DNA of 64,000 nt from Mizuhopecten yessoensis (taxonomy: Eukaryota): the NCBI RefSeq assembly GCF_002113885.1, contig NW_018406858.1, positions 561,363-625,362 of the forward strand. Direction: 5' to 3'. The position numbers and the translations under genes are program-made. Below are positions 11,271-22,630 of this stretch, piece by piece (the stretch's first letter is position 1; every line of letters starts with the position of its first letter). A model generated the notes under the pieces. The model was not told the origin of the DNA and ran no database searches. It saw only the letters and a program-made list of their open reading frames with translations.

Positions 11271-14200
11271 ATGGTAAGACGTGAACTATTGATGTGAATT
11301 CAATCTAGCGTCATCTGTCATTAAATCGAACAAATTGGAAATTGCACGATGAATTGTAATGACTTATATAGTTACTGTGTAATGTACCGAAAGATTTTTC
11401 TTCTTAGATGGAAAATATAGCAGTATTGTGGTTATATATATATTGCACATCATGATCTTTTGACACGCACTTATACACGTGTTAGACAAGCGGGTTTTGA
11501 TGATGAAAAACCCCCAAAAGGGCCTTTAATACATACGAAACGAACATTCAAAAAAAATCTGAATTAGAACTTCAGAAAAAAAGCTGACTCTTGGGAATAT
11601 GTTTTCTGATAACTTTATTTTCGACTGCAGCTTCAGTGTACATGTTGATTCGCCCTAAATCCCGAGCCCCCTGGGTTGGTTAAGGTCGAATTTGAACATG
11701 TTTAGTAGGGAAAATCCTGGAATTTGAGAGAGCAGTGGACCATTTCCAGCAGTTTTTTAGGCGACATCAAAATGATGATAAAACTGGTCAATTTCAGTTA
11801 TGAAGGGTCAATGGCCCCCTCCAGGTTTAGTAGTGAAGGCTTTTACAATCGCATCTCGCGTCCTGGTCTTGTTAACTGATGCATTCTCACTTACGGTAAC
11901 TAGCCACTGGCATGGCGACCCATAGGTACTAGCCTCAACGTTTATCCATACTAGTGCCGTCAGAACTGGAGAAAGGGGGGGGGGGATCTCTGAACTAGAT
12001 TTCTTGGTGACTCGTAGCCATTGGGCTTGATGGTCATCCTTGACTATTGGTGAATTGCGCATAAGTTGCGAGTTGTACATTCAAACAGACAATTCACATG
12101 TTCCTAGAATATGCAATATGATGTAGATTAAGTCTCGCAAACTCTTTTTGATGTGCAGGATTTTAATTGAAGAAATGAGGGGAAAAAATGCAGCTGTTAA
12201 AATTACCAATAGAAAACTTAAATTGTCCCTTTTTGTTTTTTCAGTCACACAGGAAATTCTCAGCACCCCGTCATGGGTCGAAGGGCTTTCTACCAAAGAA
12301 GAGGGCCAGCCGTCATAGGGGCAAAGTCAAGGCTTTCCCTACAGATGATAAGAACAAGCCTGTCCATTTGACAGCTTTTATCGGTTACAAGGCTGGCATG
12401 TCCCACATTGTTCGTGATGTAGACCGACCTGGTTCGAGTAAGTACCATGTAGACACGAGGTCTCCTTAATGTAATTAGCATAACCTGGATGTCGTCTGGC
12501 CGTAGCTGCGATAACGTAGCTTTCTGACGACCGCCATGACAGATCATCCGTGACGTTATCTCAATTAGCCTTTCTATATATGGCCTGCATGGCCAAATAA
12601 AGTATTACTACTGATGTTTACTACAATTTCCACATTAGGTCATGACACCTATATGTGGACATCGGACCTATATCGGAAGAGAGACAACCTTTCCAACACT
12701 GCGGTCAATTCAGATTTCGATTACGCTTGCTACATTTACTTGATTATTTAACGACATTTTAGGCAGAGTTAAACTTCAAGTTGTGCAGGATATCAACAGA
12801 AATAGTTCATACGAAAACCTTATTTATGGATGCAGACCAATGTGCTGTCAATTAATGCTAAAATCGCCCCGGTGTGATTCACACCGGGCTTGCTCCATTA
12901 CAAGGCATGGGATCGATTTAATACCCGGCCGGGGCAGAGGAGGCCGGGTATTAATATTAGTTCTATCTGGCCGCAGCACCAGACACTTCGACAGACAGGT
13001 GTTTGGTCTGGAATCCGAGTGCACTACTCCATCAAAATGAAATACTTCTCCATCATTTTATGTACAGATTTAACGGAATGCAATTTTTAACTAAATTGGC
13101 AGTTTTAACAAGACCAAAACAAAAAATCTTGGGTTTCCGCTAACCCTACCTATCCTAAATTTTTATTTTTATTTTAGATATGCACTGTTAAAGTCCAAAC
13201 TTCCGCCCTAAAAAGACGACTGAAACAGGAGTAAAATAAATTTGGTCCGAATAATTGTCTATTAGTACATGCAAGGTACAATATGTTTGTTAATAGTACC
13301 CTGAAGCCTTGCAACATTAAATGCTCCAATACAGTAGTGCACTCTATTCCCAAACCAGATATCATTGATCAAAATGACGAAGCCTATCAATTGGCCCAGG
13401 GTTTTTCCAAGAAAATTTAACCATCATGTTCAAGTATGCTGTATGTTTTGAATTGGGCAATACAATTGTTCGAAAAATAATGCATACAATATCGATAATT
13501 AGAAGATGCTGTCTGAAAGATCTTTTATGCATCATTGTCTTTCAAAATAACTATTTCAGTTTTGAGTGCCAATGTTCATTAATCTTGCATTTGATAACGA
13601 TTCAACGGGTGAAAGTTCTGTAAAACTTGTGCAAAGTGGCCAAAATTGTTATTTTGTTTTACCGAAACGGAAATGAAATTATTCCAATAGTAGTAATGAT
13701 TAATATGATAACTGAACAGGTTGTCAAGTCCACCTTTTGTATTTTAGAATCCAACAAGAAAGAAATCGTGGAGGCAGTCACCATCATTGAGACACCACCC
13801 ATGGTTATTGTGGGTTTGGTAGGCTACATTGAAACACCAAGTGGTCTGAGGTCATTCAAGACTTTGTTTGCTGAGCATCTGAATGAGGATTGCAGGAGGC
13901 GATTTTACAAAAACTGGTATGATTTCAAATGTTGTAAAAGTGCATTATATTAAGACAATATTTAGATTTATGAAATACAGGCTACTACATTTGCATGTAA
14001 ACCGTGTATTGCAAAAACAATTTGGAAGAAATTTATAATCTGAAACTGAAATTTGTGATCCAAAATATGACTAGCTTTCCTTTATTGACTATTTTATGTT
14101 GCATGATTTTGTAATAAGAAATGTTGAATTGTGCTATACCTGAACTAATGATGATGTCATTCCAGCTCCTACCATGGTTATATGGTGAGCTGTGGTACTC

Positions 14201-16609
14201 CTCTTGGTCAGTGTCCTGCTGTTGCCTAATTCTGTACTTGCTAAACTTTCACGGTTTTTGACAGCAGTACTGAGTTGGCTTGCTTGGTTCACGGCTAACG
14301 AGTCCATGTTTAATGTTGTGGTTTTCCTCCACTGGTCGGCATCCGACTACGAGGCTAACCACATGCTTCTTAATCAAAAAGGTACAACTGCAAGAAGAAG
14401 GCATTTACCAAGTACGCCAAAAAATGGACTGATGAGAGTGGAAAGAAGGAGATTGAGCGTGACTTCCAGAAAATGAAGAAGTACTGCAAGGTCATCCGTG
14501 TCATTGCCCACACACAGGTAAATAATTTAGACATCTATAGGATTCGGTTTAATATTTTCTAAGTCTTTTTACAAATCCCAAGGAACATTAAAAGTCAAAT
14601 TTATTTAAGTGCTCTAGGGAGTCCTTACTACAAATAAAGGATTGTTCAAGGTAGCTCTCTATTTGTAAAATTGTTGATTTATTTTAATATGCTAGTTCTT
14701 GCATTACTGACGAGCTCAAAGCTCGCACCTTTTTGGAAAAACAAAATATTGCAATGTAAGCAAGACTAATATTGAAAGGATTCTTTTGAAACGTGGGAAA
14801 CTATTTTGTTGACGTACATTATGCAAACTATACTTTTTTGTAGACTAAGTTGATGAAGAAGCGTCAGAAGAAGGCACACATCATGGAGATCCAGGTGAAT
14901 GGAGGCACCATTGCACAGAAGGTGGACTGGGCTAGGGAGAAGATGGAATCATCTGTCCCTGTTGGCTCCGTCTTTGCCATGGATGAAAACATTGATATCA
15001 TTGGTGTAACCAAGGGTAAAGGAGTCAAAGGTGAGATGAATACTGATTTTATTAAATTTCATGGCCTTTGAAAGAAAATGTGAATTTTGTTGGGCCAGAA
15101 TTCCTTGACTAACTTTCTCTCGAGTGATCAAACTGCATTGATGCATGATGAAACACATGGTAATGCTCCTGCCAGAGCATGCTGACTTTCAGTGGTGACA
15201 CAATCCATGCTGCCTTCCTTCTGACAACAATGCTTGAGAATGTCTTGAAAAATCCATTTTTCATTGCCCTACCTACCTTTAAAAAATTGGTGCCATGTTT
15301 AAATGCAAATTTTAATCCATTCTTGTTTACATTACTGTTATTAAACAAAGAGCTAAAGCAAGCACACATTTTGCTTAATAACATAACTTGCCTAGCCGAG
15401 ATGTTTTTTTCACAACTATTGCTTAAAAAAGTAATTCCATTTTGGCCTGATCAGGGATAAAAAAAAAATCTGATTTATTTACTACCAAATTAAAAGTATT
15501 TTTAACTACAAAAGTTTTCCTTTATTTACCTGACAGGTGTGACATCCAGATGGCACACAAAGAAGTTGCCCAGGAAGACGCACAAGGGTCTAAGAAAAGT
15601 TGCCTGTATTGGAGCCTGGCATCCAAGTCGTGTTCAGTTCACTGTTGCTAGGGCTGGACAGAAGGGTTACCATCACCGTACAGAGATCAACAAAAAGATC
15701 TACCGTATGGGTGAAGGTACACACACTAAGGACGGAAAGCTGGTGAAAAATAATGCTTCCACAGACTTTGATCCCTCAGAGAAGAACATCACCCCCATGG
15801 GAGGATTCCCCCATTACGGAGAGGTCAACAATGACTTCGTCATGATCAAGGGCTGCACCATGGGACCTAAAAAGAGGATTCTGACCCTCCGCAAGGTTAG
15901 TCTTCTATAAGAACAGCAAGGTGAACTTTGCAAAGGATGATGTTTTTTGTATCGAGAAATTGGCTCAAGTTTCAAGAAATGAAATGTTTTTGTTATAGAA
16001 TTCAAAAACCTTTATCTTTTTCCTGTGGTAGTACTGCGACTTTCAGTTAGATACCTGTATGTTTTACTCGAGAAAGCATGAACACCAAAGGCCATGATTT
16101 AATCTCTTTCTTTTTTTTTTACATATTTTAAGTGGCTTAGTTTTCATTTCAGATATGCTGTTGCTATAGTAGTAGGGCATTGGTGAAAAAGTGTTTTTGT
16201 TTCCAACTTTCTTTGCTATTTTCACCATAACAATGTTAAATTTTGTAGTCACTGCTGCCATCTTTCAAGAAGAAGCAGATGGAGAAGATCAACCTGAAGT
16301 TTATTGACACTGCCAGTAAATTTGGTCACGGTCGCTTCCAGACATTCGAGGAGAAGAGTAACTTTATGGTAAGTTGAGGTGTCTAAAAAAAAAATGTCGG
16401 AGATGACAAACAGATATTATTTAAAATATTTCTTTTTTAAAAAGAGCTCTCGACAATATTATTGCAATGTCGGCTTACTTGTTTTGTGAAAAATGTCTTC
16501 ATCTGCATTATTAATGGAATATTTTGACCTTGAATGAAATAACTAATAGTTCTTATTTGTCTGTTTTCAGGGACCTCTCAAGAAGGACCGCAAGGAAACT
16601 CCTGCATAA
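11271..16609 (+). CDS. RPL3: 60S ribosomal protein L3 (uL3), 8 coding exons, 401 aa
   Basis: Exons 11271-11273 (ATG), 12245-12437, 13748-13916, 14382-14517, 14844-15030, 15537-15895, 16249-16368 and 16571-16609; all GT-AG, 1206 nt. Protein [21 protein letters not shown]...[27 protein letters not shown]...[13 protein letters not shown]...[18 protein letters not shown] at 16633-16638. Confidence 0.97.
14143..14276 (+). ncRNA. Candidate box C/D snoRNA-like structured element in RPL3 intron 3, overlapping an alternative 3' splice site
   Basis: Box C ATGATGA at 14148-14154, box D CTGA at 14270-14273, short terminal stem AAC/GTT, hairpin at 14163-14192 and a 15-pair stem 14208-14224/14259-14273. 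I recognised no rRNA guide. Confidence 0.45.
15135..15233 (+). ncRNA. SNORD83: Box C/D snoRNA of the SNORD83 (U83) family in RPL3 intron 5
   Basis: Box C ATGATGA at 15145-15151. Guide GCTGCCTTCCTT immediately before box D CTGA (15221-15224) is complementary to the conserved 18S rRNA sequence AAGGAAGGCAGC. Terminal stem GCATTGATG/CAACAATGC. The TGCCTTCCTTCTGA end matches vertebrate U83 as I recall it. Confidence 0.85.
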
Positions 16610-19450
16610 GTGCTTTGCTTGTGGATTTCCAGAATAAAAAAAATCTAAAAACATACATGTTTACTTGTTTTGTTTCAACAGTGTAGGTGATGTACGACAG
16701 TTTTGAAAAAGTTATTTAAGATACTTGTAGAGCAATGGCATGGGAGAAAAGCTTTAAATAATGCACACAACGAAAATTTGCAAGTAGCAGCGAAATATTC
16801 TTGAAATTATGAAAAAGAGATTTAAGAACCTCGAAACAACAACATTTTAATGCAATTTGTTCCGTAGGATCTGGCTCCAGAAGCACCACGTGTCAAGTGC
16901 ACAATGTAAGGTTAGTTTTGTTATAACCTAGTAAATTATTGTTCATTGAAGACCCCATATAATTGTAGATTCTACACAAGTTGGCGACCATAAAGGATGG
17001 CGGTCCAACTGTTAAGTAGCTACATCATTGTCCAGAATAGATTATTTGAGAACGAATAGCACCTATTTCAAATTTATTACATGGATTGCTATGTTGGTTA
17101 GGAAAAAAAAAACGCTTTAATTGCTTATATGAAATGGGTATTTTCAAGTTGCACGGGGAAGATGACCATCACCTTGTATAGTTCGATAAGCAATATCGTC
17201 GTTAGTGTTTTTCTGGTACAATATACATAAATAGATGCATATTTTTGTTCATACTCTCTTACACTCATTGGCACGCTCACTGCATTCACATATACTCGCT
17301 CATCATTTCATAATGTTTTGTTATCATCCTCACTCCAATATCTTTATCATGACGATTACATCATTGTCGTTTAGAGTTGTCTCCCATTACATCAACCAAA
17401 GTGCAAAATTGTCGGTAAATTTCAAAACCCTTGAATCTTGCGAGGGTACCGAAATCATCTGCATGAGGTGTGCAGTACACTGTAATCTATTAGTCGAGGT
17501 TTTTTTCTTATCAGCTCTTGTCAAAATTAGAGCAACATTTTCCGTTAAGCCGGGCCTGGGTTGTCTTATTGAATCTTGAAATATGCCAGCTGCATCGTAC
17601 TAGAATTCGACCGCGCTGACCTTCACCTAATGACCAAAGGTTTAATAAATGCCACATTTTCAATAAATTCTTTTTTGTCCCTGATATGGGAAAAAATGAA
17701 GTATATCTGGCTGTATTGCCAATCTGCGCCTACTCCATACAGACATGCCTACTATTATTAATATATATATAAATGCTTATTATGGCCAATAATATGATAC
17801 ATTTTTTATTCACAAAAACAAAGCGAACGAGCATTGTCCACACCGTGTCGCTCGCATTCTATCGTCTATTGGTTCGACATGACGAAGCTGCCGTTTCCAT
17901 CAAACTTGCAGCATGTTTAGTGATTGATGCTGGATTTTCCTGGTATTATAAAGAGTGGATTGCATGAATTTCCACGAACGCGGGAACAAAGGCTGAGGCG
18001 TACTTCCTTGTTCTTGGACATGTCACAAAGGCCTTTGTTTATAACAATTCAAAAAAGTTTTTATATATGTATGGCTATTTACACAGTTGACGGTTTACTG
18101 TTGTTATGCGTCATCTTTAGATGGGTACTGTCTAAAGTTACTTATCGAAATTTGTTTCTTCTACGTTCATTTAGGCTCGGGATGTCATTAGCAGGATGGG
18201 TGTACAAGTCAAATATTAACACGAGACGCAAGTTAATTATACCTGTAACGCAGTTTATTCCTAAAGCTCAGGTTGAGTCGTGGTCAGCTGTGGTGATCAC
18301 TACCAAACATCTTTATATATAAATTTTAACGCACTTTTGTAAAGATAGAATGCTTTCCGATAACCTTTTTTAGTGTTCAAATATCTTTCGTTATTTATCA
18401 CCAGCTCTTAAAGTTACGAAGGGCACGAGAAAAAGTGCAAAATATACTTCTAACGTGGAAATGCGCTAGCAGGATACTTTATACGAGTTATTTCCCTTAC
18501 AATTAACAGTAAAATAAATACTGATTACTTGTGTCGCATCAAGAAAAGGTATGGCGTATTAAAAAGGCAAGTTTGAGTAAAACCAGATATGTTGCAAATT
18601 TTGTCCAAATACTTCGGCCACTTTTGTACAGCCATCAACAGATCTAGACATTGATTTACAATTATTTCTCCTCAAAGTACTGGGTGACAAATCGGAATTT
18701 AGAAATTAGTATTGTTTTTTTCATCGCATGGAAATGCCAGGGTTTGTTAGCCTGCGACTTTTCTTGTCTCAACATTAACCCATTACTGCAACTACATCAG
18801 CAATTTGTAGACAACTTCACAAAAGGTCAGCCAGTCGAGGTCAATTTTAAATATCAAAAGTAAAATATTTTTTAATTTACTAATTAACTAACATTTAAAT
18901 CGCAGCGGAGGCATTCATAACAACGCAGTTCTGTTGAGAGTAAAGCTAGCTAAAATGTCAAAGAAAATCAGCTCAGAACAGATCGTTGTGTACATGTAGT
19001 GTTTCAGAACTTTCTACAGGCATTTGGGGAAAATCCTGATAAATTTAATATTTCATGCAGTAGCGTAAGTGCCTTAGGCTCGAGTAGGCACTAGCCTGTT
19101 CATTGTCAGTGAAAATTCAAGAAATTCAAAAAAATATAATATCTGTATTTATAAGAATGAAAGATTACACTATATCCAGGATGTTTTGTATAGATCTAGT
19201 ACAAATTACGAAAAGTCCGTCTTTAACTCAGTGACTTAACTAGCAGGTATAAGTTGAACCCTAAGTGCAAAACCAAATTAGCCGCTTGTATTCCTGAAGG
19301 AAAACAAAACACAACGTCTCCCTGACCCCGATGTGTAAATCACACTCAGCATTGAAGGCATGCATCTGTCTATGCAGACAAAGCATTTGATATTTTAATC
19401 TTTGTCTGCAGAAATAAAAGAATGCTTGATAACCAAGGTAACGCTACAAT

Positions 19451-19562
19451 TAGTCCGAATTATTCTGACGTTTATCGACTTTTTTCATATCGGTCTGTCG
19501 TCGGTTAATCGACGACAGACCGATATGAAAAAAGTCGATAAACGTCAGAATAATTCGGACTA
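19451..19562. mobile_element. 112-bp palindromic MITE with 9-bp target-site duplication
   Basis: Perfect 53-bp arms at 19451-19503 and 19510-19562 around GTTAAT; CGCTACAAT at 19442-19450 and 19563-19571. Confidence 0.88.
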
Positions 19563-22500
19563 CGCTACAATGTACCTTTACACATTCCAGCTTTTCGAAC
19601 GAAAAAATAGCTAATCTCGCTTCCGTATTACACTCTTTCCTAATACCCATTACAGATGGTATCCATCATAATGCAAATTATGCAAGTTATGCAATAAGAC
19701 ACGAGGATCTGCCTCGTTTGTATTTAATTCCGAAATTTTACCCCGTGTTACAGTTGATTCGGTCGGTAATTGAGACCTCGATAAAAAAAAAAAAGGCATG
19801 ACTTCATCATGATATCACAAATTTTGACTACTGACAGACAAACTTACAGCGCAGAGTTTCCGAAGACGCAGGTTAATGGAGTCTACTGGCAAGTGTTATG
19901 GTCGCCATCATCAATTACATGAAATAGGGAACTAGGCTATCTCTTTGATTATGCTCATAAGAGTGGTTTTGTTGTCACTACCCAACTTCTCACGATGAGG
20001 AGGACCTCACATAACATGGCGTTGACCAATATTTTTTGAATGCCGTAGGTCATCGATGACGCAGAAGATGCTTAACCTTCCGGACCATCTGGTCTTATTC
20101 TCCTTGTATTTTGCAAGTCTCCATGCCTTTGTTCATATTTCCCCCAAATTTTATCCATTTTGATCAAGTTCACTCTGCGATGCTGTTGACTCTGATATTT
20201 TCTTTTTTAAGGAACCATCTTACCACCAATAAAAAGTTGAAGTTTTAGATAACGATTCGTGTTTATATAACTTTTAAATGATTTTTATTCATAAGATAAT
20301 GTCAGTGAGAAGTTGAAAACTCCTGCTAAAATCATCATACAGTGAATTTACATCATTACCACTCATTCTTATAATTTGCATATTTTATTATAAAACGCAT
20401 TATCAACTGATTGTATTTAAACTTTAAAACTGTTGTCGTTAAACTAAAAAAATACATATTTATCAGCCAATAATTGTTCAAGTGCCTACACAAGATTTAT
20501 ACCCCAGCTACGCCCCTGTCATGTATTATCCTAGGGATTAGAAAACTTGAAATCATCTGACTGGAAGCGCAGTGTAGTGGATAAGCGCGGTACTTTACAA
20601 TATATTCGTGATCGAATCTTCGTAGCGAAAGGATTTGTTTTTGTGACAAAGAAAATTATGATCAATTCGTCTTTTACATAAAACTTTGCTATTTTACATA
20701 CTGTAAGTTGGCAAGCAGCAATACATTGTTTGTATCAACCACACTGAACTCCCCCGTTTGAGATACAACACAGTGCTGTGACTTACTATATAAGCTATTT
20801 CTAGCATGTTGATGATATTGGGCATAACAATAACAACAGAGGTAGCGTAAGATTTTTAAGAGCACGGTCAATTTTGATTAATTACTAGTATTTTTTTAAT
20901 ATTTTACATGTATTTTATTCCAAGCCTTAAAATGTTATCAGTTCAATAGAGGAAGGGCTGAACTCCTATTATAACGGCATCATATATATAATTTTCTAGA
21001 GTTTTTTCTTTGTGTAGTTATATCTTGTTTTAACCTAGACTGCGAGAGGATAACAAACGACTGGTCCGTTCTCTCGGCCACGCTATATAGATATAGTCAC
21101 GTTTTCATTATAGAATAGGTAGTGTATTTTAATCGTGAACGAACTCACTCGGTTTTACCTGTATTGCATCAATATAAGGTCAAACTGCTATCATTATGTT
21201 CTCTTATAGAAATGTTAATTTGTGTTCACGTTCTGTATTTAACTGTTTACATCAAACTCGATTACCTACTATGTAAATGATATTAAGATAAGTTGAAAAG
21301 TTTTGGATTTCGCTATGAAGATGTTATGTGTACCGGGTTTGTGTTTACTGCCCGGCCCGTTAGATATGTGTGACGTCTCCGTTTGTCAACTGACTTTATC
21401 GTGGCGATAAGGGTGAGTGTTGATCATGGTAAGTATACACGGGTAAATCACGGGGCTACACTGCCAGTACACATCATCTGGCCCAGCTACACCTCTCAAA
21501 GGGCATTTTAATTCCTCCAGGTAACCTACACAAACAGTCGATACAATCCGATTTTAACACGAACAATTAGACCCGAGCTACAGATCGCCCCAAGGTTTCA
21601 ATACACACATGTATGTTTGTGAATGTCTTATGGAAAGTGAATCAATATAGCTCATGTATAACAATACTTGTCGTCTATAAGACCTATCTTCGGCGTCAAG
21701 CATGCGCAGATAACCCTAAGCGATCTCTATTTAATGTCTTAGCACCCGTGGAACAGTGAACACACATTGAATGGAAGTTGTAGATATGTTGTGTATATGT
21801 AGCACTCTCGTGAAACGACCGATTAGTTGGTTTGTCAGCTAGTCAGAAGGCAGCCCACCTTTATAACAGATTCCAAGGTAGTGTGGCTTTATTTCTCGTT
21901 CATTGGACGAAGGGTGGATATACTTTAAGTAATTTGTGTTCTGGATAAACTTTTAAATTGATCTGTGTAAGGTCAAACGGGAAAACGTATTCAAAGCACA
22001 TTATAGACAGGCTCGAAAAACGCATAAATCCCGAGGCAATATTGAATTTCTACGCCTGATTTCAGTTCTACAACAGAATTTAATTATCAGTTTGTCGTTT
22101 ATCAGCTCACCAGTGTACATCGAATTAACTTTGAACATTCTCTGCACCATTTTGCGTGAACCTACCTTGAGTATATGTGACTGTGCCACTACTAGATGTT
22201 ATGTACACCACGAACACGTCTGTAATAAACTACAGGAGGATGACAGACGTTACGGTAAGCCGTTTGACTGTAAACCCTGCCAGCAGTATATAACGGTATC
22301 GGTCATTCTTACTGAAACTTAAGGACTGTCACAACACACTGGAACTAAGGATTAATATTACGACATTATCACATAACGTTTAAAAGTAACAGAGATCTGT
22401 GCTTTTATTGTTAGACGTTGTGACACGTTGGACCTCTGACGACAGCACGTGTGTGATTCTATGATGTAAGGACGCTTCCGAGTTTTGACGGATTTTTGTA

Positions 22501-22630
22501 GTTTGGTTTAAACTTTGTTTTATTCAGAAAAGGAAACAAAAACAAGTGTCGTGACACTTATGTAAATTTGTTACCTGTGTAGGTAAAATAGGTAAATGCT
22601 TGTAGTTTGTTTTGAAATAATCGTGAAATC

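Noticed and set aside
11495-11880. TGATGA...CTGA pairs in RPL3 intron 1 as a SNORD43 ortholog
   Set aside because: No GACGGGCGG-type guide, no recognisable rRNA complementarity and no convincing terminal stems.
14192-14476. ORF with a signal-peptide-like N-terminus inside RPL3
   Set aside because: Starts at GTG in intron 3 and runs out of frame through RPL3 exon 4.
14707-14725. CTGACGA followed by a small hairpin in RPL3 intron 4 as a hammerhead
   Set aside because: Lacks the GAAA core after stem II.
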